From the NCBI GenBank assembly GCA_964504485.1, contig CAZDEA010000005.1, positions 1-32,672 on the forward strand: DNA of 32,672 nt. Reading direction: 5' to 3'. Below, piece after piece: positions 1 through 8,038 of the stretch. The number at the start of each line of letters is the position of its first letter. Within the stretch, counting starts at the first letter, position 1. The stretch comes from an uncultured Candidatus Peribacteria bacterium. GTDB lineage: Bacteria > Patescibacteriota > Gracilibacteria > Peribacterales > Peribacteraceae. A program made the translations under genes and the position numbers. Below the pieces are notes generated by a model. That model was not told the DNA's origin. It did no database searches and was given only the letters and a program-made list of their open reading frames with translations.

Positions 1-9
1 TCGGGACAT
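1..9 (-). CDS. first three codons of a leftward gene that exits the window (product unknown)
   Basis: The ATG is the reverse complement of 7-9. It is preceded by GGAGG (reverse complement of 17-21) with a 7-nt spacer. Confidence 0.35.
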
Positions 10-127
10 GGCTGTTCCTCCTATAAAAGAGAAAGCTGTACGCATTCTTCCAGAGTCGCAGGGGGTGTCAAATAAAGTGTGCACACGACAACTATTCGCG
101 CAGAGACATCCGCTCTAAACTACGTAC

Positions 128-1006
128 ATGAACTCCCTCAAAGCTTTCTTTAATCGCATCACGCAGTGTGCCATCGACCCTGCTTCCTACAGAACCTTAA
201 AAGGAGAGGGCCTGGGCAGTGCCTACTGGTACTTGTACCGCCTGCTCGTTCTCACATCACTCGTCATCACGTTGTGGTTGGCCGCGGGATTGGTGCATGT
301 GATGCCACAGATCAAGAGTGTTGCTCACGAAATCGAAACCACGCTGCCTACGTTGTATCCCAAAGAAATGATCCTCACGTTCCAGAGTGGAGCACTCACG
401 ACAAACGTGAAGGAACCCTACGCCATCAAAGTGCCAGCGAAGTGGAATGAGCAGCAGATAGGGGACGACACGGACGAGACTGATACGGATCATGCGAATA
501 TTGCCGTGTTCGATACCAAAGCCTCACCCGAGGATTACGAGAAGTACAACACGTTCGTACTCTTTACCAAGAACTACGCCGTGGGTGGCAGAGACAATGG
601 CGAACTGCGCATGTTCCCGTACGCAAAGTTCGAAGAGAACTTCGTCGTCACGCACGAGAAGTACACCAAGACTTTGCAGATGGTATTCAGCAAAGCGAAG
701 TCTCTTATCCCCGTGCTGAAGGTGATCATGGTCGTGTGCTTCCTGCTGGCACCATTCGTCTTCGCTGGCGTTGGACTGCTCTCGTGGATGATTTCTCTGC
801 TCATCTATTCGCTGATCCTCTGGTTTGTGAGCAGCATGGGTAAGTGGGGTTACACGTACGGCCAGATTTATCGCCTGTCGGTCTTCGGTGCGACACCAGT
901 GGTAATCCTCGGCATGCTCTTCTGGCTCGGCGGAGTGACTGTCCCTTGGGTTCTGCAGCTCTTCACCTTGGTATGGATGTGGTTTGTGCTGAAGAAACTT
1001 CGTTAA
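128..1006 (+). CDS. polytopic membrane protein of unknown function (layout resembles DUF1189-type proteins; unverified)
   Basis: 292-aa ORF with ATG at 128. Several hydrophobic helices are present (LVLTSLVITLWLAAGLV; VIMVVCFLLAPFVFAGVGLLSWMISLLIYSLILWFV; VVILGMLFWLGG; LQLFTLVWMWFVL). No competing ORF has better features. Confidence 0.75.
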   Translation: MNSLKAFFNRITQCAIDPASYRTLKGEGLGSAYWYLYRLLVLTSLVITLWLAAGLVHVMPQIKSVAHEIETTLPTLYPKEMILTFQSGALTTNVKEPYAIKVPAKWNEQQIGDDTDETDTDHANIAVFDTKASPEDYEKYNTFVLFTKNYAVGGRDNGELRMFPYAKFEENFVVTHEKYTKTLQMVFSKAKSLIPVLKVIMVVCFLLAPFVFAGVGLLSWMISLLIYSLILWFVSSMGKWGYTYGQIYRLSVFGATPVVILGMLFWLGGVTVPWVLQLFTLVWMWFVLKKLR

Positions 1007-1365
1007 CACATTCTTTCTATGAGCACTCCAGAGACCCCCCACTGACGCACCGAAACCACGCTTTATGAAACCCAGTGAATTCTTCGTAGACGCACAGGTC
1101 TTTACTGCAATAACAGAGATGCAAGAAGCTGCAGCAAACGACATGCGGCCTATCGTTCAAACAGACGTGATTTATCAGAGCTTTCCCGCAACAGAGGTAT
1201 GCGCGGAGCAACCGGAGAAAGACTGAGCCATTTTCGTTGTGAGCACCTTGCTCATGAGGAAATGTCGTGTATACTAAACACGTCATCGCTTCTTTGATCC
1301 TTCACTATCCGACTTTGATCGGATGGTGCGTTTTCCGCGCTGGCGACATTTCTTCCCACATCATC

Positions 1366-2646
1366 ATGAAAGCATCGTTCCTCGCAGCCATTAACCAGAT
1401 TTGTTCCGAAAAAAACCTCAAGCCCGACCAGGTCTTGGAGGCCGTCAAACAGGCGATCGCAACCGCCTATAGAAAAGACTTCGGTAACAAGGAGCAGGAA
1501 ATTCGCGTCGACCTGGAAGAAGGTCACGATATGCCAACGATTTTGCTCGTGAAGGAAGTCGTGGAAGTCGTGGAAAACGAAAACTTCGAAATCAGCTTGA
1601 AGGACGCACGCAGGGTAAAGCCCGATAGCGACATTGGTGATGAAATCGTCATCGATGTGACACCCGTGGAATACGGCCGCATTGCCACACAAGCTGCAAA
1701 GCAGGTGATCTTGCAGAAGTTGCAGGAGGCAGAGAAACAGAGCTTGTACGAGATGTTCAAAGACCGCGAAGAGGAATTGCTCACGGCAAACGTGACGAAG
1801 GTGGATCCAAACTGGGTCACGCTGGAGATCGAAGGTATGACCGTGTCTCTCCCTTGGAGGGAACAGATCCCCGGCGAGCACTACTACACGGGTAAGCGCA
1901 TTCGCGTGTACTTGGATACGGTGGAGCTCACAGGTAAAGGTCCTCAGTTGAGGATCTCCCGCACGCACAGAAATTTGGTGAAGAAGCTTCTTGAGCTCGA
2001 AATCCCAGAAGTACGAAACGGAGATGTGGAAATCATGGGCATCGCTCGCGATGCAGGTTTCCGCAGCAAGGTTGCCGTAAAGAGCAAGGACCCTCGCATT
2101 GATCCTATCGGCGCCTGCGTGGGCCAGAAGGGTGTGCGTATCCAGGCCGTGATGGAAGAAATCAACGGCGAGCGCGTGGACATGCTCGAGTGGAGTGATG
2201 ATCCTGTGAAGTTGATCTCGCTCGCTCTCCAGCCTGCTGCCATCTCTGCCGTAATCATCGTGAACGAGAAGGATTACTTGGATGAGCAGGGCCGCCGCAT
2301 CAAGAAGCGCGCAGCAGTGTTCGTCGAAGAAGCGCAGCGTCCTATGGCCATCGGTAAGAAAGGCCAGAACATTCGCCTGGCAACAGAGCTCTCTGGTTTT
2401 GAGCTCGACATGTACAACTACGAAGAACTCCCTGCATTCAAAGCCAAGCTCGCAGAACTCCGCGGCGAAGGTCAGCCAGGCATCCCTGCTACAGCAGAAG
2501 AAATGGCTGCCGATGCAGCTAGCCAAGCAGAGGCTGGTGCGCCAAGCGAAGCAAACGTGGAACCGAGCACGGAGCCCGGTGTGCACGACACTCTCACGCC
2601 AGACAACGATCAGCCTTTGGCAGGGGAGGGAGCAGCTGCAATGTAA
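1366..2646 (+). CDS. nusA: transcription termination/antitermination factor NusA
   Basis: MKASFLAAINQICSEKNL... is an N-terminal NusA-like start. S1-like and tandem KH regions are present (GACVGQKGVRIQAVMEEINGERVDMLEW; AIGKKGQNIRLATELSGFELD). I prefer ATG 1366 over the track start at 1267. The C-terminal tail is acidic and Ala-rich. Confidence 0.93.
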   Translation: MKASFLAAINQICSEKNLKPDQVLEAVKQAIATAYRKDFGNKEQEIRVDLEEGHDMPTILLVKEVVEVVENENFEISLKDARRVKPDSDIGDEIVIDVTPVEYGRIATQAAKQVILQKLQEAEKQSLYEMFKDREEELLTANVTKVDPNWVTLEIEGMTVSLPWREQIPGEHYYTGKRIRVYLDTVELTGKGPQLRISRTHRNLVKKLLELEIPEVRNGDVEIMGIARDAGFRSKVAVKSKDPRIDPIGACVGQKGVRIQAVMEEINGERVDMLEWSDDPVKLISLALQPAAISAVIIVNEKDYLDEQGRRIKKRAAVFVEEAQRPMAIGKKGQNIRLATELSGFELDMYNYEELPAFKAKLAELRGEGQPGIPATAEEMAADAASQAEAGAPSEANVEPSTEPGVHDTLTPDNDQPLAGEGAAAM

Positions 2647-2657
2647 TGATGAGAATC

Positions 2658-2691
2658 AAAAAAAAGCGTCCGCCTAGGCGGACGCTTTTTT
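2658..2691. terminator. bidirectional intrinsic terminator between nusA (+) and 2717..3319 (-)
   Basis: A8 run, then GCGTCCGCC-TA-GGCGGACGC (2666-2685, perfect palindrome), then a T6 run. Confidence 0.85.
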
Positions 2692-2716
2692 CATGGTGGA
2701 TTTCTTTGCAAACCTC

Positions 2717-3319
2717 TTACGCAGCAGGCTTTTTGGGCGCGTCTTTTCGCAGAGGTATAGCAACCCCGTGCACACCCTTGAACCGCCCTCGTACTGCCGT
2801 GAACCTTCTATAGTTATTTCGATCCTCGGCAATGGGAACCTGTAGCAAGCGGAATACTCCTTCAAACGCGCTGATCTGGTCGGTCGTCAGCGGACGAGTC
2901 GTTGGTGCGAGTAAGAGAATAATCTCCGAATCGAGCCATACGACGTACGCTGTGTAGGCTCGGGGCAAATGCTGTCGAGCCGCAACAAGGCACTCTTTCG
3001 CTCCTTGGGCCAGGGTTGCATTAAACCCTTCAATATTATTCGGGATCATTGCAAAGGCTTGTTGCGTCGCATCGGCCTGTTGCTGCTTCTGCCAGATGGT
3101 AAGTTGCTTGAGCGGCTTACCAAACTCTGTGATGTCTTCATGCTTCGGCAGTTGCTGCGCAGTCCGAGTGACCTGAGGAGACGCTCGTGAGGGAAGCGTT
3201 GTTGAACCCCTCCTAAGCACATGCACACAGATCGCTGATGCAGCCACCATAAAGCAAATGAGCATTATTAGCATTTCCAGGCTGCTGTTGCGTTTTGCCT
3301 TGGGATCCACCTGACTCAT
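2717..3319 (-). CDS. single-pass membrane protein, paralog A of a tandem pair (unknown function)
   Basis: 200-aa ORF. ATG at 3319 is preceded by AAGGAG with a 7-nt spacer. There is one TM helix (LEMLIMLICFMVAASAICVHVL). The C-terminal ~80 aa align with the product of 3502..4035 (YVVWLDSEIILLLAPTTRPLTTDQISAF ... GVHGVAIPLRKDAPKKPAA). Confidence 0.8.
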   Translation of the reverse strand: MSQVDPKAKRNSSLEMLIMLICFMVAASAICVHVLRRGSTTLPSRASPQVTRTAQQLPKHEDITEFGKPLKQLTIWQKQQQADATQQAFAMIPNNIEGFNATLAQGAKECLVAARQHLPRAYTAYVVWLDSEIILLLAPTTRPLTTDQISAFEGVFRLLQVPIAEDRNNYRRFTAVRGRFKGVHGVAIPLRKDAPKKPAA

Positions 3320-3326
3320 ATCCAGA

Positions 3327-3404
3327 CTCCTTCAAAGAAGAACCATCCATGAAAAGAACACACCTCCAACGTCGTGTTGAAGATAGTAATACTATACGAT
3401 GAAA
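3327..3404 (-). promoter_or_regulatory. conserved leader, copy A (upstream of 2717..3319)
   Basis: A 23-nt block (3346-3368) and a 16-nt block (3378-3393) are identical to 4061-4083 and 4093-4108. They flank a short hairpin (3363-3383 in RNA sense). The region contains GGAGG, an ATGGAT, then the AAGGAG ribosome-binding site. Confidence 0.6.
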
Positions 3405-3445
3405 ACTCATTCAAACAAGGAGCCAATACCCTGCAAAGGATCTAC

Positions 3446-3471
3446 AAAAAAGCGGAGGATGAACCTCCGCT
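3446..3471 (-). terminator. intrinsic terminator of 3502..4035
   Basis: Minus-sense AGCGGAGG-TTCAT-CCTCCGCT (8-bp stem) followed by T6. Confidence 0.8.
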
Positions 3472-3501
3472 TGTTTCATGGATGACACTTCCCCAGACCA
3501 T

Positions 3502-4035
3502 TTAGGCCGCGGGCTTGGTTGCAGGAACCTCAGCCTTTTTAAGAGGCAACGCCACGCCGTGGCCTCCTTTAAGGGGGCCATCGGAGATCACAACGTCACG
3601 ACGTTTCGCGTGATCACCCAGGTTCTTCTCGAGAGCCCAGATAATCTCCACAAACGCGTGTACTTGGTCCATCGTAATTGGCGTTTCTGTCGGGACGATC
3701 ACGAGAATCAACTCGGTTTCGGTCCACAGGAGTCCGGCAATGTACTTCTCTGGTAACTTCTCGCGGTTCTTAATGAGGGAGTCTCGAATCAGCTTTTGCT
3801 GTTTCAGTGCCTCCGGCATCTTTTGGTGCGAGATCCTCACCTTCTCGTCATCACTCTTGGCGTGATCTACACCAATCGTAATGCCTTTGGTGACCTCACC
3901 CGGCTTTTCTTGCAAAAGCGGAGCGGTGTCTCGCGGACGGTTCCGCGGCATGCACCAGTACCAGATGATGCAGGCCACAACGAGCACGCCCAGCATCGAC
4001 CCAAATCCAAACCTGCGATTCTCACTCGCACTCAT
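3502..4035 (-). CDS. single-pass membrane protein, paralog B of the tandem pair (unknown function)
   Basis: I prefer the start at ATG 4035 (MSASENRRFGFGSMLGVLVVACIIWYW...), preceded by AAGGAG with a 7-nt spacer, exactly as in paralog A. An in-frame ATG at 4065 is an alternative. The C-terminus is ...LLWTETELILVIVPTETPITMDQVHAF...GGHGVALPLKKAEVPATKPAA. Confidence 0.8.
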   Translation of the reverse strand: MSASENRRFGFGSMLGVLVVACIIWYWCMPRNRPRDTAPLLQEKPGEVTKGITIGVDHAKSDDEKVRISHQKMPEALKQQKLIRDSLIKNREKLPEKYIAGLLWTETELILVIVPTETPITMDQVHAFVEIIWALEKNLGDHAKRRDVVISDGPLKGGHGVALPLKKAEVPATKPAA

Positions 4036-4041
4036 TTCCAT

Positions 4042-4119
4042 ACTCCTTACAGAAGACCTATCCATGAAAAGAACACACCTCCAGCACAGTGCTGAAGATA
4101 GTAATACTGTACAATAAAA
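4042..4119 (-). promoter_or_regulatory. conserved leader, copy B (upstream of 3502..4035)
   Basis: See copy A. The hairpin centre differs but stays paired (G4084-C4092 versus A3369-T3377). Confidence 0.6.
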
Positions 4120-4191
4120 ATACGAATACGCCAGTACCCAAATTATCACAATCCCTAGCCCTAACCCCAGCCCAAACCCTACTCTGTTGGT

Positions 4192-6549
4192 ATGCAACTC
4201 CCCAATCTCCCCCTCACGATTCTGGATACCGAGACCACGGGGTTTGTTCCCAAGGTCCACCGCGTGATGGAGTTCGCCTCCATGCGTGTAGAGAAGGGGA
4301 AAGTGATCGATCGTTACGAGCAGCTATTCACCGTGGCAGAAATTCCACCGATTGTGATTGCCATCACACACATTCACCAGGAGATGCTCCAAGGCCAACC
4401 AAAATTCGAAGAAAAAATGGAGGAGGTCAAAGAACACATTGGTACCGGCACGATTCTTGTAGGACAAAACTTGGGCTTCGATATTGGCATGCTCAAAGGA
4501 GAAGGAATCGATCTGAGTGAATGCCCATGGATCGATACCTCCATGCTCGCGTCACTCGTGTTCCCAGAACTCCCCAGCTACTCCCTGGGATATTTGAGCG
4601 AAGCACTCAAGCTGAACCACACACCCAAGCACCGCGCGATGGGCGACGTCGTGGCTACGATGGAGTTACTTGGCCATGTGTGGGAACGATTACTCGAGTT
4701 GCCAGAAGCGCGTCTGGAAGCCATTCGCGAGGTGTTTAGCAAGAGCACCGCCGGCTATAAAAAGCTGGCAGAAGTACTCCCCACAGGAACCGCCAAGAAA
4801 GACCCCGAGTGGATGAGCTCGCCCCACCGTCGCCGCAACATGCGCACCATGAAAGACGCGGAACTTACGCTGCCCAAAACTGGGAAGGGAGAGTTGGCAC
4901 TGATGGAAGAACCATTGGACCCGCTGTTTGTGGGTTCACTCATCGAGGCTGCGCGCAAAGATGCGAAGACCACGCACGTGATCGCCGTGAAAAACTTGGA
5001 CGCGCTGCTTTCGCGGGTAGATGTGCCTCGCGAAGATAAGGATTTGCGCATTGCATTCGCACCATTCCAAATTCTTGATCCCGAAGCAGCAGAGCGTTTA
5101 CTTGCGCAGGAAGAATATACATCGGATGAAGCATCGCTCGCCGTGAAGCTGCGCTGGTTTTCCCCAGCTGTGCGCCGCGACATATCTGTCCACGGGGGAG
5201 AAGAGCAAGTGTGGAACGGCAAGCTGGCCGCGACGAGTGAATCCAAGGCTTACAGAAGCCAATTCTCGAAGATCCCTTCCACGCTGATTGTGGATCATCG
5301 CGAACTGCTTTCGGCTGTTACAGACGAGAATCACCCTGCGCACAAAACACTGGGTGACCTGCAAATTATTATTGATGATGCCTCGATGCTCGAGGACACC
5401 GCCACCAAGGCCTACGGGTGGGAGTGCAAAGTCGAAAACCTCCGCGCGGCTGCAGCGAACAACGCGCAGCTGACGAAGTTCGTCGATGTCCTGGCTCTGT
5501 GGCTGGAGCGCGTGCGCCAATTCCAAAGCATCCGCTACATCGCCAAGCCCGACCTCACTACTCCAGAGACCAGTGGGCTTAAGGAACAAATCCACACACT
5601 CTTGGACGACAGCACCATGACGCCCCAAGTGCGTAAAAGCCTGACCGATCTCCTGAATATCCTGGACCCTGCAAACCTGCAGCATCGCATCACGTGGATC
5701 GAGCAATGGCAGGATGCATCGCTGGTTCTCTCGTCAGTACCCGAAAGCATTGGTCTGCTCCTTAAGGAAGATCTCCTGAGCAAAACAGGAGCCGTACTGC
5801 TGGTGCCCCAGGGCTGCTCGGGGCTGCTGCCAGAGATTCTGCCACCCGGCTTTAAGCCAGACCCAAAGGACGTCTACAAGCCAGCAAGTGGCACGCGACT
5901 GCAGATGACATTTGATCCAGAGATGGAACTGCACGACGTGGTGCTCAATCCTCCTGCGGGCAAAACCATCGTGCTGGCGCCCAGTAAGGGGATGATGGAA
6001 ACGCTGTTCATCAAGCATGCAGAGGAACTGGAAGCAAAGGGCATCACGCTCGTGTGCCAAGGAGTATCGGGCGGCCAGGGTCGCATGCAGGCGGAGTTTG
6101 AGAGCGCCAAAGCTCCTGCTGTGTGGGTGATGACACCCTGGGCATTTGAGGGAATCGACCTGCCCGATAACACGGTGGATCACTTGTACGTCAAAGCTCT
6201 GCCCTTTGATCATCCTTCGAATACGGTGCTCAGCCGCCGCGCCATGCACTTTGGCAACGCGTTTGTGGATTACCTGATGCCAAGACTCCTCCACAGACTG
6301 TTCCGCCTGCTACGCACCTATGCGAGATTACGTAGCAGCGATGGTGATGTGACGATCATGGATGAACGCATCTTTAGCAAAGAGTATGGCAAGGCCATCA
6401 AGCGGTACTTGGAGATCTTCACGCAAGCAGGAACAGAGGCAACTGCAGCAGCACCTGTGACCAAGACTGCCGCTCCCAAGAAAAAGCCAGCTGCCAAGAA
6501 GGCACCTGCAAAGAAGAAAGTGAGTGATGCACAATTGCCATTACTGTAA
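4192..6549 (+). CDS. DnaQ-like DEDDh 3'-5' exonuclease fused to a DinG/XPD-like helicase-type module with degenerate ATPase motifs and a Lys/Ala/Pro tail
   Basis: Exonuclease motifs are ILDTETTGF (Exo I), VGQNLGFDIGML (Exo II) and HRAMGDVVAT (Exo III, H-x4-D). The C-terminal part is typical of DinG helicase domain 2 (GKTIVLAPSKGMMETL ... VWVMTPWAFEGIDLPDNTVDHLYVKALPFDHPSN). The tail is AAPKKKPAAKKAPAKKK. Confidence 0.85.
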   Translation: MQLPNLPLTILDTETTGFVPKVHRVMEFASMRVEKGKVIDRYEQLFTVAEIPPIVIAITHIHQEMLQGQPKFEEKMEEVKEHIGTGTILVGQNLGFDIGMLKGEGIDLSECPWIDTSMLASLVFPELPSYSLGYLSEALKLNHTPKHRAMGDVVATMELLGHVWERLLELPEARLEAIREVFSKSTAGYKKLAEVLPTGTAKKDPEWMSSPHRRRNMRTMKDAELTLPKTGKGELALMEEPLDPLFVGSLIEAARKDAKTTHVIAVKNLDALLSRVDVPREDKDLRIAFAPFQILDPEAAERLLAQEEYTSDEASLAVKLRWFSPAVRRDISVHGGEEQVWNGKLAATSESKAYRSQFSKIPSTLIVDHRELLSAVTDENHPAHKTLGDLQIIIDDASMLEDTATKAYGWECKVENLRAAAANNAQLTKFVDVLALWLERVRQFQSIRYIAKPDLTTPETSGLKEQIHTLLDDSTMTPQVRKSLTDLLNILDPANLQHRITWIEQWQDASLVLSSVPESIGLLLKEDLLSKTGAVLLVPQGCSGLLPEILPPGFKPDPKDVYKPASGTRLQMTFDPEMELHDVVLNPPAGKTIVLAPSKGMMETLFIKHAEELEAKGITLVCQGVSGGQGRMQAEFESAKAPAVWVMTPWAFEGIDLPDNTVDHLYVKALPFDHPSNTVLSRRAMHFGNAFVDYLMPRLLHRLFRLLRTYARLRSSDGDVTIMDERIFSKEYGKAIKRYLEIFTQAGTEATAAAPVTKTAAPKKKPAAKKAPAKKKVSDAQLPLL

Positions 6550-6554
6550 ACAAA

Positions 6555-6574
6555 CCCCCAGCCGAAACTGGGGG
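6555..6574. terminator. hairpin between convergent genes (better terminator in minus sense)
   Basis: CCCCCAG-CCGAAA-CTGGGGG. In minus sense it is followed by TTTGTTTA; the T tract on the plus strand is weak. Confidence 0.6.
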
Positions 6575-6593
6575 TTGTCCGCTCCGGAGAGCA

Positions 6594-6740
6594 TCACTTA
6601 CCAGTCACCGAGAACCCCGCATGACGCGGGTTTCCGCTGAACCCGAAGCAAGCGTAGTAACCGACGGCGAATGCGCCCAAGAGGACGAAGTACGCTACGT
6701 AGGTTTTCCACGAGACGGGCTGGGTGAGTTTCTGGGACAT
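6594..6740 (-). CDS. 48-aa single-TM small membrane protein
   Basis: ATG at 6740 is preceded by AGGAG with a 7-nt spacer. The product is MSQKLTQPVSWKTYVAYFVLLGAFAVGYYACFGFSGNPRHAGFSVTGK. A TATAAT box lies about 55 nt upstream. Confidence 0.6.
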   Translation of the reverse strand: MSQKLTQPVSWKTYVAYFVLLGAFAVGYYACFGFSGNPRHAGFSVTGK

Positions 6741-6797
6741 GCATGATCTCCTGAAAGAGCGGATTTGCCCTTTCCCGAATTGGGAAAAGACAAGTGT

Positions 6798-6803
6798 ATT
6801 ATA
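6798..6803 (-). promoter_or_regulatory. candidate -10 box (TATAAT) for the small membrane-protein gene
   Basis: Perfect TATAAT on the minus strand, upstream of the SD and ATG at 6740. Confidence 0.4.
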
Positions 6804-6852
6804 CATGAAAAACGCTTCTGCGGCTAGAATCTGCAAAGGGTGCTCTCGGCCC

Positions 6853-6889
6853 TAACTCCTGCAATACTGGTGCGCTTATGCAGGAGTTA
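6853..6889. promoter_or_regulatory. 11-bp perfect inverted repeat spanning the start codon of the SufD-like gene
   Basis: TAACTCCTGCA (6853-6863) and TGCAGGAGTTA (6879-6889) are separated by a 15-nt spacer. ATG 6878-6880 lies at the base of the right arm. Confidence 0.55.
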
Positions 6890-7594
6890 CACATTGCGAA
6901 AGGCCAAACCCAAACACTCGTGCAGAACATGCAGGAAGCCCATGCAACACGCATTGTTGTGGAAGCCGAAGCTTCGCTGGTGCTGATACTCCTCGACTTA
7001 GAAACCACATCTGATTCTCTAAAGATACGCCATGATTTCGCTCTCCAGGCCGGTGCGAAACTCACACTGATCCATGTGACACTCAATGGGAATACGGAGC
7101 AGGAGTTTGTGTCTGTATGCGAAGGACCGGACGCCACGAGTTCTATGACGTGCATCGCGTATGCACGCGGGAACGAGCGCCAGAAAATCACGGCACGAAA
7201 TATCTTCAACGCTGCACGAGGGGGAGGGGAGATCCTGATGAAGGGAGTCGCGGAGGAGCAAGCACACACCGTGCTCCATGGCATGATCGATATTGGCCTG
7301 CAGGGAAATGGCACCAATACCTACCTTACGCAGGATGTGTTGATGTTGGACCCAAGCGCAAAAGTAGATGCGATCCCAGGCTTGGAGATCAAAACAAACG
7401 ATGTGAAAGCCAGCCACTCGGCAGGCGTTCGCCGAATTACACAGGAGGATTACTTTACGTTCGCGGCGCGCGGAATCGAAAAAGAAGAAGCTCGTCACAT
7501 GTTCATCGTGGGATTTTTGAGCGAAGCCGTAATGGGGTTACCAATCGAGAATGAAGTTTTGAGCGCACTCGAAAAAAAGATGGCAACAGCATAA
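6878..7594 (+). CDS. short SufB/SufD-family Fe-S assembly protein (SufD-like)
   Basis: C-terminal SufBD-domain signature: LHGMIDIGLQGNGTNTYLTQDVLMLDPSAKVDAIPGLEIKTNDVKASHSAGVRRITQEDYFTFAARGIEKEEARHMFIVGFL. Confidence 0.85.
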   Translation: MQELHIAKGQTQTLVQNMQEAHATRIVVEAEASLVLILLDLETTSDSLKIRHDFALQAGAKLTLIHVTLNGNTEQEFVSVCEGPDATSSMTCIAYARGNERQKITARNIFNAARGGGEILMKGVAEEQAHTVLHGMIDIGLQGNGTNTYLTQDVLMLDPSAKVDAIPGLEIKTNDVKASHSAGVRRITQEDYFTFAARGIEKEEARHMFIVGFLSEAVMGLPIENEVLSALEKKMATA

Positions 7595-7606
7595 GTCTCT
7601 TCCTCG

Positions 7607-7993
7607 TTATTTCTTTTCTCGGAGGATGCTGCTTTTGTGTCTGTCAGGTTCAAACCCGGGGAGTCGCTCTATGGTTACACCCAACTGATCTTCGCTCACG
7701 CCCGGGGGCATACGCTGGTCATAGCCAAGGAGGATGAGATCGGGCTGAATAGCGCGTACAGGCGCAAGGAAGTCCGTAGCATCGCCGAGAACCACAGTAG
7801 CCGTGGGGAGAGCCTTCTGGACTGCCTGCATGCGCAGCTCTTCGTTATGCGAAGGCGTGAGGTTCTTGATGCGCTCCACATTGCGATCACGTGCAATCAC
7901 CACAAAGACCTCGCCGCGCTTGGCGGCTTCATCCAAAACAAACTGATGCCCGGGGTGGAAGTGGTCAAAAGTACCGAAGAGTAAAACTTTCAT
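7607..7993 (-). CDS. cytidylyltransferase-fold nucleotidyltransferase (HxGH family; substrate not assignable)
   Basis: MKVLLFGTFDHFHPGH has the (T/H)xGH motif, and a C-terminal KSSILR resembles the ISSTxxR motif. ATG is at 7993; the track start at 7999 is TTG. Confidence 0.8.
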   Translation of the reverse strand: MKVLLFGTFDHFHPGHQFVLDEAAKRGEVFVVIARDRNVERIKNLTPSHNEELRMQAVQKALPTATVVLGDATDFLAPVRAIQPDLILLGYDQRMPPGVSEDQLGVTIERLPGFEPDRHKSSILREKK

Positions 7994-8038
7994 CGGCAAG
8001 ACAATAGCACGCGGGAACAGCGACTGACCAAAACTTGG

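Noticed and set aside
1065-1226. A 53-aa acidic ORF (MKPSEFFVDAQVFTAITEMQEAAAND...) in the 360-nt gap upstream of nusA.
   Set aside because: It has no RBS or -10-adjacent start, no recognisable motif and is below the track threshold. I cannot distinguish it from chance without comparative data.
1252-2586. A 444-aa ORF antisense to nusA, and similar long antisense ORFs at 524..1144, 12916..13860, 14496..15464, 17626..19071, 19444..20436 and 26847..28217.
   Set aside because: Each lies entirely opposite a gene with unmistakable family motifs. Their translations are Cys/His/Arg-rich, have no motifs and lack start-site signals. They are typical shadow ORFs of GC-rich coding DNA.
3213-3410. A 65-aa ORF starting at the conserved ATGGAT of leader copy A. 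I considered it as a possible upstream ORF or as a frameshifted N-terminus of paralog A.
   Set aside because: In copy B the same ATG is in frame with the gene. In copy A it is out of frame and overlaps the gene by about 100 nt. Neither length nor sequence is conserved between the copies, and both genes have a strong AAGGAG-N7-ATG start downstream.
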